The notes: generated by a model from the letters alone, not told the origin. Positions 29,697-40,437 are shown, numbered from the stretch's first letter. The stretch: 64,000 nt of DNA from a bacterium (GCA_965202625.1 CBDBBI010000010.1:2560001-2624000); one strand, 5' to 3'. Program-made: numbers and translations.

Positions 29697-30761
29697 TTAC
29701 AGTTTTACGGCCTGTCGCTCCCTGCACGAGCGGTCCGCCGCCATGGTGAGGGCGAGCACCTCTCTGGCGTGCGCGCCCGTGGCGAGTCCCACGCCGCCGA
29801 TTCCCAGAACATGGCGCACGAAAGCGTCCGTCTCCTCCTTCATGGGGCCAAAGAACTCGCCCATCACAAAATCCCCCGGCATGGCGGAGCCGAGGAAGGC
29901 GACGTTCACCTGATGCTCGGGCGTGTAGGGGCAGGGAATCGCTTCTTCGGGGGCGAGAATCACGTCCCTGTGCGCGTCGTCTATGTTCATCGACCCGCGC
30001 GTGCCTTGCAGGTCGATCTCCATCGTCGCCGTATAGGCGGGCCAGTGGTGGGGCGGAAGCCAGCTGGTGCCCAGCGTGGCCACGCTCCCGTCGTCGAAGG
30101 TGACGATCATCCACTGAAAATCATCGCGATTGTATTTTTGAAATACGAAGCTCGCCGAGCGGGCATAGACCTCGACGGGTTTTTTCCCCTCCATGTACCA
30201 GAGGATCAAGTCCACCATGTAGGTGAGCGTGTTGATGGAAGGCGTGGTGTTGGGCGAGCGCTTGGCCACCGCCTCGCCCACGGCGCGCGTCACGTAGATT
30301 TTTCCGAGCGCCATCACGATGTCGCCGAGCTGCCCGGCGAAGGCGGCCTGCTTGGCGAGCAAAAAGCGCCTTCTGTAGCGTTGGGTGTAACCCACGAAAA
30401 CCTCCGCGCCCGATTTCTCCGCCTTCGCCAGTATGTCGTCCGCCTCGTCCAGGTCGAGGACGAAGGGTTTTTCGATGAGCGTGGGCTTGCCGAGCTCGGC
30501 CGCCAGTGCCGCCGGCCCGTGGTGGAACTCCTCGTCCGAGGAGACGATGACGGCGCCCACCCGCTCATCCCGTATCGCCTCTTCGTAATTCTCCGTCGCC
30601 ACGTCTGCACGAACCGATTCCGCCAGTCGATCCAGCTTCTCGGGTACGATGTCGCACACCGCAAGGTAATCTACCTGGGGAATCTGCGCGCAAGAATGCG
30701 CCCTGAGCGTTCCGATTCCGCCTGTGCCAATGACGGCCACTCCTGTCGTTTTCACAATCAT
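29697..30761 (-). CDS. Gfo/Idh/MocA family oxidoreductase
   Basis: VIGTGGIG, IEKP, VGYTQRY. Confidence 0.9.
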   Translation of the reverse strand: MIVKTTGVAVIGTGGIGTLRAHSCAQIPQVDYLAVCDIVPEKLDRLAESVRADVATENYEEAIRDERVGAVIVSSDEEFHHGPAALAAELGKPTLIEKPFVLDLDEADDILAKAEKSGAEVFVGYTQRYRRRFLLAKQAAFAGQLGDIVMALGKIYVTRAVGEAVAKRSPNTTPSINTLTYMVDLILWYMEGKKPVEVYARSASFVFQKYNRDDFQWMIVTFDDGSVATLGTSWLPPHHWPAYTATMEIDLQGTRGSMNIDDAHRDVILAPEEAIPCPYTPEHQVNVAFLGSAMPGDFVMGEFFGPMKEETDAFVRHVLGIGGVGLATGAHAREVLALTMAADRSCRERQAVKL

Positions 30762-30844
30762 CTCCTCATATCGTTTGCGTCCAGGCTGTTCGGGAGGGGA
30801 TAATCCTCGGCTCCGCCGTTCCCATCATGCATCGGGAGAATCCC

Positions 30845-31822
30845 ATGCGCATTGATGTTCAAACCCATCACGTGCCGCAAGCCTATGTCAAGGCGCTCGC
30901 CGCCCGCTCCGATTTTCCGCGTTACGAGAGGGCGGAGGATTTCTGGTGGGCGTGGGCGAGTCCGGATGAGAAACTCCCCATGCGCTCTCCCGCCCTGGAC
31001 GTCTCGATCAAACTCGCCGAAATGGACGCGCAGGAGATCGACCTCGCAATCATGAGCATCAACATTCCGGGCCCGGACCTCGCGAAGAACCCCAAGGAGG
31101 CGGATGCGCTCGCGCGTATCGGCAACGACGCTCTGGCCGAGGCCGCAGCCCTTCATCCAGGGCGGTTCCGCTGCATGGCATCGCTCGGCTTCGGGGAGAT
31201 CGACGCGACTTGCCGGGAACTCGAGCGGTGCGTGGACGCGCTGCGTTTCGTCGCCTTGCAGGTGTTCGCCTATGTGGGCGGTAGACGCTATATCGACGAC
31301 CCCGCGCATGAGCCCTTGTGGAGTTTATTGGCCGAGCGCGGCGTGCCGCTCGTGCTTCACCCGGGGCCTTCCCCTTCGGGCCCGCATTATCGGGCTCACT
31401 GGCTGGGGCCGATGATCGGCTTCATGTTCGATGAGTGTCTGGCGGCGCTCAGGCTCATTCTGGGCGGCGTGCTGGAGCGCCACCCCGACCTCAAGGTGCT
31501 TTTGCCGCACGGGGGGGCCTCCCTCCCGCTCTTCATCGGGCGGGTGGACAATCTGAGCGCGCGCTACCGAGACGAGCAGGATCTCATTACCCGGCCCCCG
31601 AGCGCATACTTCGAGCGTTTCTGCACGGACACGGTCGCCCACTCGCAGACGGCGCTTGCGTTCGCTCTGCAGGAGATGGGGGCGTCCCGTATGATGTTCG
31701 CCAGCGACGCTCCCTGGGTGCCCGTGAAGCGCCACGTGGAGCTGGTGAACGGGCTGTCCCTATCTCCCCATGAGGCCGAAAAAATCTGGAGCGGCACGGC
31801 GCAGACGTTTTTTGAATTGTAG
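30845..31822 (+). CDS. amidohydrolase_2 family protein (ACMSD-like decarboxylase/hydratase)
   Basis: IDVQTH, VLHP, PHGGA.LP..GR, FASDAP. Confidence 0.85.
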   Translation: MRIDVQTHHVPQAYVKALAARSDFPRYERAEDFWWAWASPDEKLPMRSPALDVSIKLAEMDAQEIDLAIMSINIPGPDLAKNPKEADALARIGNDALAEAAALHPGRFRCMASLGFGEIDATCRELERCVDALRFVALQVFAYVGGRRYIDDPAHEPLWSLLAERGVPLVLHPGPSPSGPHYRAHWLGPMIGFMFDECLAALRLILGGVLERHPDLKVLLPHGGASLPLFIGRVDNLSARYRDEQDLITRPPSAYFERFCTDTVAHSQTALAFALQEMGASRMMFASDAPWVPVKRHVELVNGLSLSPHEAEKIWSGTAQTFFEL

Positions 31823-31856
31823 ATTTTCCGCATTGCGGAGACGACGAGATGTGCCC

Positions 31857-32303
31857 TCATCCGTCGCTTCTGAGCGGCATCCGTTTCACGTCGTATTCGA
31901 GCACGACCTCGTCTCTTTGGTTCCTCACCCGTTGGCGCGTGGAGACGACGTCCCGGTCGTGCCTGCTTCTGGAGGTACGAACTCCGATCGTCTCGACCTC
32001 CACTTCAGGGTGTCCCCACGCAGACCGGAGCGCGCGCGAAGAGGCCGTCCACGCCCAGAAGCGCGACCGTGTAATCGCGCAGGACACCCGCGTCTGGACG
32101 ATGAGCGTATTGACGACCGCGCAGTTCGGCGCCATGCGCTTCTCGTGTCCTTTCTCCTTCAAAAACGTCATCTCGAGAAACAGGCTTTCCGTGTAGCCCA
32201 TCAGGTTGGCGTAGCTCACCATGTCTGTCTCGGTGATGGTTCTGCCCCGGAGGACGAACTTGCTTCCGGCCTCCCACTTTTCAAACGCGACGCCCTCGTC
32301 CAT
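31857..32303 (-). pseudogene. MaoC-like dehydratase with internally frameshifted segment
   Basis: RTITETD N-terminus and VRNQRDEVV C-terminus in one frame; the conserved core VALLGVDGL..APVCVG is in another frame (about 32008-32085). Confidence 0.7.
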
Positions 32304-32615
32304 GAAACCTCCTGAATAATTGCGCAATTCCTTAGGAGGGCGATTCTATGGGCGCGTGGCGAAACCCCAAAGCGCGGTCGGGTTTTCGCGAGCCGAGAAA
32401 ATGTGTGTTCAAGCCCTGCGGCGAGAGAAGTAAGCCATGCATTCTAGGGTAGACTGAGATTGTCTGCGCAAATCCCTCCATAATTCCGAATATAAAAAAA
32501 AGATGGAATCCGGATTTTCCGGATGGTATGATTCAAGAAGATGTCCATGAAGATATGAGTGAAGCGCGATGGGGAGTTGAAAAGGATCAAGAAACGCAAA
32601 CGGGGGGATGGACAA

Positions 32616-33299
32616 ATGAGACGTTTTGGCGTCGTCCTGGTTCTAAGCGTTTTGGCCGTTGTCTTCTCAATGGGCGAGGCGGCGGAGGGCGGTCGTCGCC
32701 ATCGGCATAAGCGCGACGGATGGTATGGACGCTACCACAAGGGTCATCGGCATCACCACCATAGGCGCTACCGGCATCGACGCCGGATTTTCCATAACGC
32801 GTTCTGGTATAGCCCGACGATTATCTATCGCCACGATTCCCATCATCACCACGCGCGTCTTCACCCGAATGCGTATTGCTCTTATTCGCACGGGCTGGAT
32901 CATGAGGAACTCTTGACGCTGGTAGGCGCGGTGGGCGGTGCCGCTGTCGGCTATCAAATCGGGGAAGGGGGCGGTCGGGCGTTGGCGATGTTTCTGGGGA
33001 CGCTCATCGGCGTAGGCGTGGGCTCGAGCGTCGGACGAGATCTGGACGAAGCCTCAAGGTTGCGCCTTGCGCACACCACGCAGTACGCCCTGGAGCGCCA
33101 ACGCTCCGGCACCCCAACCACCTGGAACGACCCCGACAGGCACTCATGTGGCGTCGTGGTTCCCAAGCCGGCCTTTCAGAACGAGATTGGCCAGTATTGT
33201 CGGGAGTTTCAGCAGACGGTCGTCATCGACGGACGGAAGGAGAGTGCCTACGGAACTGCCTGCCGGCAGCCCGACGGGCAGTGGCGGCTCGTCAATTAG
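32616..33299 (+). CDS. secreted His-rich glycine-zipper protein with 17-kDa surface antigen-like C-terminal domain
   Basis: Signal peptide; HHHH tracts; GAVGGAAVG..GTLIGVGVG zipper; YCREFQQTV..AYGTACRQPDGQW. Confidence 0.85.
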   Translation: MRRFGVVLVLSVLAVVFSMGEAAEGGRRHRHKRDGWYGRYHKGHRHHHHRRYRHRRRIFHNAFWYSPTIIYRHDSHHHHARLHPNAYCSYSHGLDHEELLTLVGAVGGAAVGYQIGEGGGRALAMFLGTLIGVGVGSSVGRDLDEASRLRLAHTTQYALERQRSGTPTTWNDPDRHSCGVVVPKPAFQNEIGQYCREFQQTVVIDGRKESAYGTACRQPDGQWRLVN

Positions 33300-33315
33300 A
33301 GGGCTCCGCTCTGCC

Positions 33316-34353
33316 TCATGTTAGAATGACGGCGCGGCCCGTCACGGCTCCTCCCTCGAGCCGTTCGTGGGCTTTTTCCACCTCATCGACACTGAACGAA
33401 TAGGTCTCCGTCACAACAGGCCAGACGTCACCGCGCGCCACGAGTTCGAGCGATTCCTTCACCTCTTGTTTCGTCGCGTATCTGCTTCCCAGGAGCTCCA
33501 GTTCCTTCTGGACCATGTCGCGCGAGGGGGTCTGAAACGGCTGGCCGGTGCCGCCTAGCGTGACGAGACGCCCTCCCCGGCCCAGCCCCTGGACGCCGGC
33601 CTCCAGTGTAGCGGCGGAGGAGACGAAATCGATCACCACGTCCACCCCCTTGCCGTTCGTCATCTCGAGAAGCGCTCCGGCGACGTTCCTTTCAGACGCG
33701 TTGATCACTTCGTCCGCTCCCACGTCCCGGCATTTGCCCAGCTTGTTCGCCGCGACGTCGACAGCGACGACGCGCGCGCGCGCCCACTTCGCCAGCATCA
33801 CCATGTGGATTCCCACGCCCCCGCCGGCGCCCATGACGGCCACGGTCTCCAGCGGCGCGATGCGCGCGCGCCTCGTTACCTTATACGGGGTGGCTATCGC
33901 GTCGCAGATGACGGACACCTCTGCGGCGTTGCTCTCATGGTCGAGCCCTGGGGGGAGTTTGAGGAAATTCCTCGCCGGCAGCTTGATGTATTCCGCGTAG
34001 GCGCCCTGTACCTGGCGGCCGACGTAGCCCGTGAAGTTCTCGCATAGCGTCTCCCGGTTAATGCAGCACCACTTGCACGTTCCACAGGTGACGTAGAAAT
34101 AGGCGGTCACCGCATCGCCCTCCCTGAGCGTCTCTACGCCCTCGCCCACGGCGGTGACGACTCCGGTGATCTCGTGGCCGATGACGAGGGGATAATTCAC
34201 GCCGGGCACTCGGCCCATGCGGGCGTGGTGAATCGTCAGCCCGGCGCCGCACGCCAACACTCGTGCGATGGCTTCCCCCCGACCGGGTGCGGGGTCTGGA
34301 TATTCCTCCTCGACAAAGGGTTTTCCCGGCTCCCTCAACACCATCGCCTTCAA
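33316..34353 (-). CDS. zinc-binding alcohol dehydrogenase family protein
   Basis: GHEITG, CGTCKWC..C, GAGGGVG. Confidence 0.9.
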   Translation of the reverse strand: MKAMVLREPGKPFVEEEYPDPAPGRGEAIARVLACGAGLTIHHARMGRVPGVNYPLVIGHEITGVVTAVGEGVETLREGDAVTAYFYVTCGTCKWCCINRETLCENFTGYVGRQVQGAYAEYIKLPARNFLKLPPGLDHESNAAEVSVICDAIATPYKVTRRARIAPLETVAVMGAGGGVGIHMVMLAKWARARVVAVDVAANKLGKCRDVGADEVINASERNVAGALLEMTNGKGVDVVIDFVSSAATLEAGVQGLGRGGRLVTLGGTGQPFQTPSRDMVQKELELLGSRYATKQEVKESLELVARGDVWPVVTETYSFSVDEVEKAHERLEGGAVTGRAVILT

Positions 34354-34490
34354 GGCACGTCCTCCCTAGAAGATGTGAAATGCGCTCTCGACCTTCCAAT
34401 TACACCATGTAGATGAGCGTTAGGCAACGAGGAGCGGATGGCGTACCCTCCGGCGCGAAGCGGTATCCCCGTATCGAAGGTGAAAACGCG

Positions 34491-34874
34491 ATGAGTGAAT
34501 CCGGCGGGAGTCAAGGAAATACGTTCGACCCGGCACGCGCGGCCAAGACCACGCTGCTGGTCGCCTTTTTGATGCTCGCGTTCACTGCCTCGGCCCTCTA
34601 CGCGGGCGATCCGGGGCGGGTGGGCTACGGCTGGACAACGCTGGCGGGAGGCGTCGCCCTGATTCTGTGCGGGCTGGGGACGTGGCGCGGGTTCGCGTGG
34701 CTCTCTTATCTGTCGGCACTGGTTCTGGGCGCGTTTGACTTCATCTGGATGGTGCGGATATTGGAGGGTTTCGACGCGGGCCTCGCCATCTGGATAGGGA
34801 TATGTTTTTTCTCGATTCGGGAGATATGGCCGGGCCTGGACGAGAAGTTTCCGTGGCTGAAGCGCCACCCCTGA
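34491..34874 (+). CDS. hypothetical membrane protein (about 4 TM)
   Basis: Four hydrophobic segments; fills the intergenic gap. Confidence 0.6.
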   Translation: MSESGGSQGNTFDPARAAKTTLLVAFLMLAFTASALYAGDPGRVGYGWTTLAGGVALILCGLGTWRGFAWLSYLSALVLGAFDFIWMVRILEGFDAGLAIWIGICFFSIREIWPGLDEKFPWLKRHP

Positions 34875-34962
34875 CGCGGCTTCGGCGACGTCTAGAAACG
34901 GGGGACGTCGCCCCTCGTCCAAAATGATCGGGGTTTCCCCGGCGGCCTCGGGCATCATGGCG

Positions 34963-36243
34963 TCATTCCGAGCGTCTGAGGGCCTTCGCGCCGATGTCTT
35001 TTCGGAAGTAGGCGTCTTCCCAGTGAATGAGGTCGCTCGCTTGATACGCGCGCCTCACCGCGTCGCCGATGTCGGCTCCGCGCGCGGTGACGCCCAGCAC
35101 GCGCCCGCCAGCGGTCGTCACGTCTCCGGAGTCGTTCAGAGCTGTGCCGGCGTGAAAGACGCGAACGCCGGCAAGAGCATCGGCGTCGTCGATTCCATGA
35201 ATCACATCCCCTTTTCGGTAGGCGTTCGGGTAGCCGCCCGCGGCCATGACGACACAGACTGCCGCGTCCTCTGCGTAGTGAATGGTCGTCTTGTGAAGCA
35301 CGCCTTGGGCGCACCCCATGAGGATGGGCAGCAAGTCCCCTTCCATGCGCATGAGGAGGGGTTGGCATTCGGGGTCGCCAAACCGGCAGTTGAATTCCAG
35401 CGCCTTGAGTTGGTTATCCTGTACCATGAGACCCGCGTAGAGAACGCCGCGATAGGGCGTCCCCTTTCTCGCCATAGCGTCGATGGCCGGCTGGACCACA
35501 GTGGTGAGCGCTTTTTGCTCCAGCGCGTCCGAGAGCACCGGAGCGGGGGAGTACGCACCCATGCCGCCCGTGTTGGGTCCGACGTCGCCCTCGCCGATGG
35601 TCTTGTGGTCCTGTGAAGAGGCCATGGGAAGGGCAGTATGGCCATCCACGAACGCGAGGAAGCTCGCCTCCTCGCCCTCGATGAATTCTTCCACCACGCA
35701 TCTAGCGCCCGCCTCGCCGAACGCCCTTTTTTCCATGATTTGCGATATGGCGTCCTGGGCGCTCGCAACGTCTGGGCACAGGAGCACACCCTTACCGGCG
35801 GCTAGACCGTCCGTCTTCACGGCCCATGCGCCGCCGCGTTCTGAGACGAAGCCTTTGGCTGCGCGCGCCTCTTCGAAAACCCCGTAGGCGGGAGTGGGTA
35901 TTCCTGCTTCGTCCATGAGCGTCTTTGCGAATGCCTTGCTCGCTTCAATGCGCGCAGCACCGGCCGTGGGACCGAACGCGTGGATTCCGATCGCCTCCAG
36001 TCGGTCCACGAGCCCGAGGGCAAGAGGAACTTCCGGGCCGATCACGACGAGGCCGGGCTCCTCCTCCTTCGCCAGCGTGATGAGACCTTCCACGTCCACT
36101 GCGCCCACTGGCGCGTTTCGCCCGACCTGCGGGGTGCCCGCGTTTCCGGGCGCACAGATTACCTCCTCCACGTCCGGACTCCGGCTGAGCTTCCAGGCCA
36201 GGGCGTGCTCTCGGCCACCCCCGCCCACGACGATGATCTTCAT
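34963..36243 (-). CDS. purD: phosphoribosylamine--glycine ligase
   Basis: GGGGREHAL, APGNAG, DGLAAGKGV, GPNTGGMGAYSP, EFNCRFGDPE. Confidence 0.97.
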   Translation of the reverse strand: MKIIVVGGGGREHALAWKLSRSPDVEEVICAPGNAGTPQVGRNAPVGAVDVEGLITLAKEEEPGLVVIGPEVPLALGLVDRLEAIGIHAFGPTAGAARIEASKAFAKTLMDEAGIPTPAYGVFEEARAAKGFVSERGGAWAVKTDGLAAGKGVLLCPDVASAQDAISQIMEKRAFGEAGARCVVEEFIEGEEASFLAFVDGHTALPMASSQDHKTIGEGDVGPNTGGMGAYSPAPVLSDALEQKALTTVVQPAIDAMARKGTPYRGVLYAGLMVQDNQLKALEFNCRFGDPECQPLLMRMEGDLLPILMGCAQGVLHKTTIHYAEDAAVCVVMAAGGYPNAYRKGDVIHGIDDADALAGVRVFHAGTALNDSGDVTTAGGRVLGVTARGADIGDAVRRAYQASDLIHWEDAYFRKDIGAKALRRSE

Positions 36244-36321
36244 CGTGAACGTGCGCTCCAAAGCGAGAAAGACCACAACTTAAGGCGGCGCGAGAAGGGC
36301 GTCAAGCGATGCGGGAAGGCG

Positions 36322-37092
36322 TCAGCCCATGTCGCCCAGCGTGTGCTGGACGATCGTGAGGAGTGAGAGGGGCGCCGTGTCCGCGCGCAGTATTCTCGGG
36401 CCCAGGGAGATCGGCGCGAAGTCGGCGTCAATCGCGCGCCGGGACTCTTCGTTCGAGAGGTCCCCCTCCGGGCCCGTCAGGATCGCGACGCGAAGCGGCG
36501 TGTCGCTCACGCGTTTATGCGCCCGCGCGAGGGTTTCCTTGACGGGGACCGCGCCTTCTTGCAGAGACCCCATCAACTTCAACCCGAAATCTCTCGTTTC
36601 TCTCAGGTAGTCGTCCAGCCCTCTAGGCGGATGTATCGTGGGCGGGGGGGCGCGGTCGCACTGTTTGGCTGCTTCAAGGGCGATTCGCCGCCAGCGCTCG
36701 CGTCGCCCGGCACTCTTTCTCTCGCTCAGTCTGACCTCGCGCTTCTCAAGGAGGAGCGGATGGAACGCGCTGGCCCCCAGTTCGCACCCTTTCTCAAGCA
36801 CCCGCTCGAATCCTTCCCCCTTGAGCAGCGGGACACCCAGGGAGATCCACAAGGGCGCGGGGGGTCTTTCGGGGAGGCGCTTGATGATTTCGGCAGCGAT
36901 TCCTTCACGGGATATTTCCGTCAGCCGCACCAGGTATTCCTCGCCTTCCTCGGTCGCCACGCGACAGACCGCGCCCGCCTTCATCTTGAGGACGCGGCGC
37001 GCGTGCGCGGATTCCTCCGCTCCGAGAAGGACGCGCCCGTCCTGGACCGCTTCGTCGTCGGCGTAGAAAAGGCGGAGTCCGTCCCGCGTCAT
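36322..37092 (-). CDS. rsmE: 16S rRNA m3U1498 methyltransferase
   Basis: H..RVLKM, ELG, EAAKQC, GPEG, LGPRILRADTA. Confidence 0.93.
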   Translation of the reverse strand: MTRDGLRLFYADDEAVQDGRVLLGAEESAHARRVLKMKAGAVCRVATEEGEEYLVRLTEISREGIAAEIIKRLPERPPAPLWISLGVPLLKGEGFERVLEKGCELGASAFHPLLLEKREVRLSERKSAGRRERWRRIALEAAKQCDRAPPPTIHPPRGLDDYLRETRDFGLKLMGSLQEGAVPVKETLARAHKRVSDTPLRVAILTGPEGDLSNEESRRAIDADFAPISLGPRILRADTAPLSLLTIVQHTLGDMG

Positions 37093-37967
37093 AGTTTTCT
37101 AATCTCAAGGCTCGCCCACTCCTCGAGACGATTTATCTTTTCCACCACGAGGCTGGCGTCCTTGCAGGCGCGGACTAGGGGGACCGTCTGCTCGTAGCCG
37201 ATTCCGGAGAGAACGCCCCGGCCGCCGCAAGCGAGGGCTTCGTGGATGAGCGGCGCGAGTCCGGCGAGAGCGTCCAGAAAGACGTTCGCCGCGATGAAAT
37301 CGACGACGCCCCACCATCCTTTCAGGACACAAGGGCCGAGAGACGCGTTATGCGCGGCGATTCGGCTCGATACTCCATTTTTCTTCGCGAGAGCGCGGGT
37401 CTCCTCCACAGCGCGCGGGTCGAGGTCGAGGGCGACTGCGCGGCGCGCGCCATATAGCAGCGCGGCGACGCCCAAAATACCCGAGCCGCAGCCAACGTCC
37501 ACTACCCGCCCGGGAGGTTTGTGCGTGCATTCGGCCTCGACCGCAAGCAGGGCCAGGCGGGTGGAGGGATGCTTGCCCGTGCCGAAAGCGAGCCCCGGCT
37601 CAAGGAGCAGGGCGACGCGCTCCTCCGGCGTCTCACTCTCATCCCACGGCGGTCTGATCCAGAGTTTCTTTCCGTGGGCCTCGCCCCGAAAATGACCACG
37701 CGCGCGGGCCACCCAATCTTCGTCCGCGATGTTTTTGAGCGTCATGGCGTTTTTGGGGACCCCGAGGGTGGCGAGGAGCGCCTCTATCGCGCGAAGTCTA
37801 CTCGTCGCGCCATCTTCAAGGGGAATGTGCGTGATGAGCAGGGATGCGCCTTTCACCCCGTCGCGTTGCTCGACGGCGGAGGTGCCCGCCTTCATGATGC
37901 GGTAGGAGACCTCCTCCGCCTGCTCCTCGGGGGTCTCAATGATGAGCTGGATCCATTTTTTTCTCAT
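37089..37967 (-). CDS. prmA: ribosomal protein L11 methyltransferase
   Basis: EPGLAFGTGKHPST, DVGCGSGIL, LSGI. Confidence 0.93.
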   Translation of the reverse strand: MRKKWIQLIIETPEEQAEEVSYRIMKAGTSAVEQRDGVKGASLLITHIPLEDGATSRLRAIEALLATLGVPKNAMTLKNIADEDWVARARGHFRGEAHGKKLWIRPPWDESETPEERVALLLEPGLAFGTGKHPSTRLALLAVEAECTHKPPGRVVDVGCGSGILGVAALLYGARRAVALDLDPRAVEETRALAKKNGVSSRIAAHNASLGPCVLKGWWGVVDFIAANVFLDALAGLAPLIHEALACGGRGVLSGIGYEQTVPLVRACKDASLVVEKINRLEEWASLEIRKL

Positions 37968-37980
37968 AGAGCATCTTGTC

Positions 37981-39066
37981 TCAAGCGGGAAGTTGCACCA
38001 CGGCGACGCCTGTCGTCGCCAGCTCGCCCTCCTGGTTCTTCCCCGTAATTTCGATTTTTACGGTGTTGTCCACCTCGTTTTTCTCGCTTACTCTTCCCGT
38101 GTGCCAGATGGTGTCGCCGTAGATCATCGGACGACGCACCTGCACGTAGAGGTTCCTGAGAAAACCGTCGTCCCCCATCCAGTTGGTGATGAAGGGACTC
38201 ACCCAAGCGAAGCGCATGACGCCGTTGTCGAACGGACCCGGCATTCCGCGCCCGGAGGCGAGGTTGAAATCCTCGTGTTGCTGGGAGTTTTTCACCCGCA
38301 TCCCAATCTGGGGGATGAGAACGGCGTTGTGTGGGGTTCTTCTGAGGTCCAGGTAGCCGCGCCTCCCTGCCTTGTAGGATGGGCCGTTGCCTGCGTTCCA
38401 GGCCACCATGTCGCCGATGGTGAGGGGTCCCCGCACCATCGGCGGAAGCGCATCCCCGATGGAGACGTCCCGCAAGCGTCGCGCCTCGCCCCCTCTCCTC
38501 TCCTCGGCCGCGTAGGCGTCTTCGATAGCCTCGAATTCCGCGGCGTCATATTTCTTGATCGGCCGCTCGTAGAGTAGTGCGTCGCCCTCCTGTAGTGTGC
38601 GGATCATCGTGCCGGTGGCCCTGGCGATGACTTCCTCGGCCTCGTTCCAGTAGACGCAATCGGAGATTATGAAGATGAGCGGGCGGCCCGCTTTGTTCGT
38701 CTTGACGTAGGAGTCTTTTTGAATGGACTTGGCGCAGAGCCTGCTCCCGAGGGGGATGGGCTTCTCCCATGTGAACTCCACTCCTCCAATGAGGGAGGAG
38801 AGGGGCGCGACCATGGGTTCTCCGTGCAGAATCGGGTAGAGGACAGATACCAGAAACGCCGGTGGTGCCAGAAGGGTTTGGTGGCGGGTACTGGCCGCGT
38901 ATTCCGGGTTCAGCCAAAGCGGGTTGTCGTCGTCGATGCCGTATGCGAAGTGGCGGATGGCGTCAGCGCTCGCCTCGTTGTTCCACGCCTCGCGCTCGCG
39001 CACCTCCTGGCCGTTTAATTCTTGTGTTTTCTCAATAAACTCTTTGATGATCGCCTGATTCGACAA
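37981..39066 (-). CDS. double hot-dog MaoC/FAS1-like dehydratase
   Basis: IRHFA.GI.DDNPLW, APPAF, second domain GPFDNG..NWMGDDG..GDT. Confidence 0.82.
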   Translation of the reverse strand: MSNQAIIKEFIEKTQELNGQEVREREAWNNEASADAIRHFAYGIDDDNPLWLNPEYAASTRHQTLLAPPAFLVSVLYPILHGEPMVAPLSSLIGGVEFTWEKPIPLGSRLCAKSIQKDSYVKTNKAGRPLIFIISDCVYWNEAEEVIARATGTMIRTLQEGDALLYERPIKKYDAAEFEAIEDAYAAEERRGGEARRLRDVSIGDALPPMVRGPLTIGDMVAWNAGNGPSYKAGRRGYLDLRRTPHNAVLIPQIGMRVKNSQQHEDFNLASGRGMPGPFDNGVMRFAWVSPFITNWMGDDGFLRNLYVQVRRPMIYGDTIWHTGRVSEKNEVDNTVKIEITGKNQEGELATTGVAVVQLPA

Positions 39067-39338
39067 TGCCCGACACTCCCCTGTCTATCCTGTATAGTGG
39101 ATAGTGTGAAATTGGCTGTGGAATTTCCAAAATATGTAGCAGGAATTCTCAGGTGCGACAAGGCGGACAAAACCAGAGCCGCCCACGTTGCTAGGGAGGC
39201 GTATAAGCGTTCCGAGTGGGTTTCGTCGCCAGCGCGGGGTTTCGGGGCCGGACCAGAAGACTACGCGCGGCGGACGCATCAATTTAGGGAAGAGGGGGGC
39301 GCCTCCGGTGGCTTGGGGGGGGAGCGCTTCGTCCTAGT

Positions 39339-40391
39339 TTATGATTTTCCCGAAGATAGGAATTTCGAGACGGAATCCGCCGTCCATTCCACGAGGGATA
39401 CGGCCCGATCGTAGCGCATGCGCTTGGGTCCGATGACGCCGATGCTGCCCAGAGGGCGGTCGTCCATGTAATAGCGCTGGGCGACGACGCTGCAATCCTT
39501 CATCTCGTCGAAGTCGTTCTCCGAGCCGATGAGAATGGTTATGTCGGAGGACTCTAGGCACTTGTCGAGTAGGCGAACGAGCTTCTCCCGCTCCTCAAAG
39601 GTGCGATAGAGGGAATGGAGCTTCTCCGCGTTGGTGGCGAAGTCAGGCTGCGAGAACACGCGCGAGGTCCCCTCCAGAAAGAGAGATTCCTGCGCACCCT
39701 CGTTCTCGGAGAGCGCCTCCTTGCTGAGATTGAGTGCCTGGCGGTGGAGGGCGTCGAGGCTGTCTCGCGCATGGGTCATCTTTTGGATAATCTTCTCTCG
39801 CGCTTCCCTGAGGGAGAGACCGCTGAACTCCTCGTTGAGGAGGTTGGAGATTTTGTTGAGCTCCTCCTGTTTCATGTGGATTTCCATCGGAATGACGCGG
39901 TTTTGCACCACCCCGCTCGCCGAGACGATGACGGCCAGGATTTTCTCCTTTGACATTCTGACGAAGCTGATGTGCTTGAAGTAGAGCTGCTCGCGCGCGG
40001 GTAGGAGCACGAAGCCCGCCGTGTTCGTCAGCTCCGAAAGCGCGCGCGTAGCTTGCGCGAGCACCTGTTCGATTTGGTTGGCCTGAGCGTAGCGTCCCAG
40101 GCGCATGGATTCCTCCTCCTCGCTCGTCAGGGTGTGGGCGTCCATCAGATCGTCCACGAAGACGCGGTAGCCCAGATCGGTGGGGAGTCTGCCGGAGGAG
40201 ACGTGGGATTTGGTGAGGAAGCCCGCGTCGGCCAAGTCGCTCATGATATTTCGGATGGTGGCGGGACTCAGGGATATGCTCGAATGCTTCGAGAGCGTGC
40301 GACTCCCCACGGGTTCGCCCGTATCGACGAAAATGTTGATGATGGCGCGAAGGATTTCCCAATTTCTCTCGGCAAGTTCCAGGGCGTCCAT
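39339..40391 (-). CDS. hrcA: heat-inducible transcription repressor
   Basis: GEPVGSRTL, SPATIRN.M.DL, H.SSGRLPT..GYR.FVD, IGPKRMRY. Confidence 0.97.
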   Translation of the reverse strand: MDALELAERNWEILRAIINIFVDTGEPVGSRTLSKHSSISLSPATIRNIMSDLADAGFLTKSHVSSGRLPTDLGYRVFVDDLMDAHTLTSEEEESMRLGRYAQANQIEQVLAQATRALSELTNTAGFVLLPAREQLYFKHISFVRMSKEKILAVIVSASGVVQNRVIPMEIHMKQEELNKISNLLNEEFSGLSLREAREKIIQKMTHARDSLDALHRQALNLSKEALSENEGAQESLFLEGTSRVFSQPDFATNAEKLHSLYRTFEEREKLVRLLDKCLESSDITILIGSENDFDEMKDCSVVAQRYYMDDRPLGSIGVIGPKRMRYDRAVSLVEWTADSVSKFLSSGKS

Positions 40392-40437
40392 TCTGGGCCC
40401 CTCATTTGGTTGGGCGCCTGCGCGCCGTCGCCGCCGT

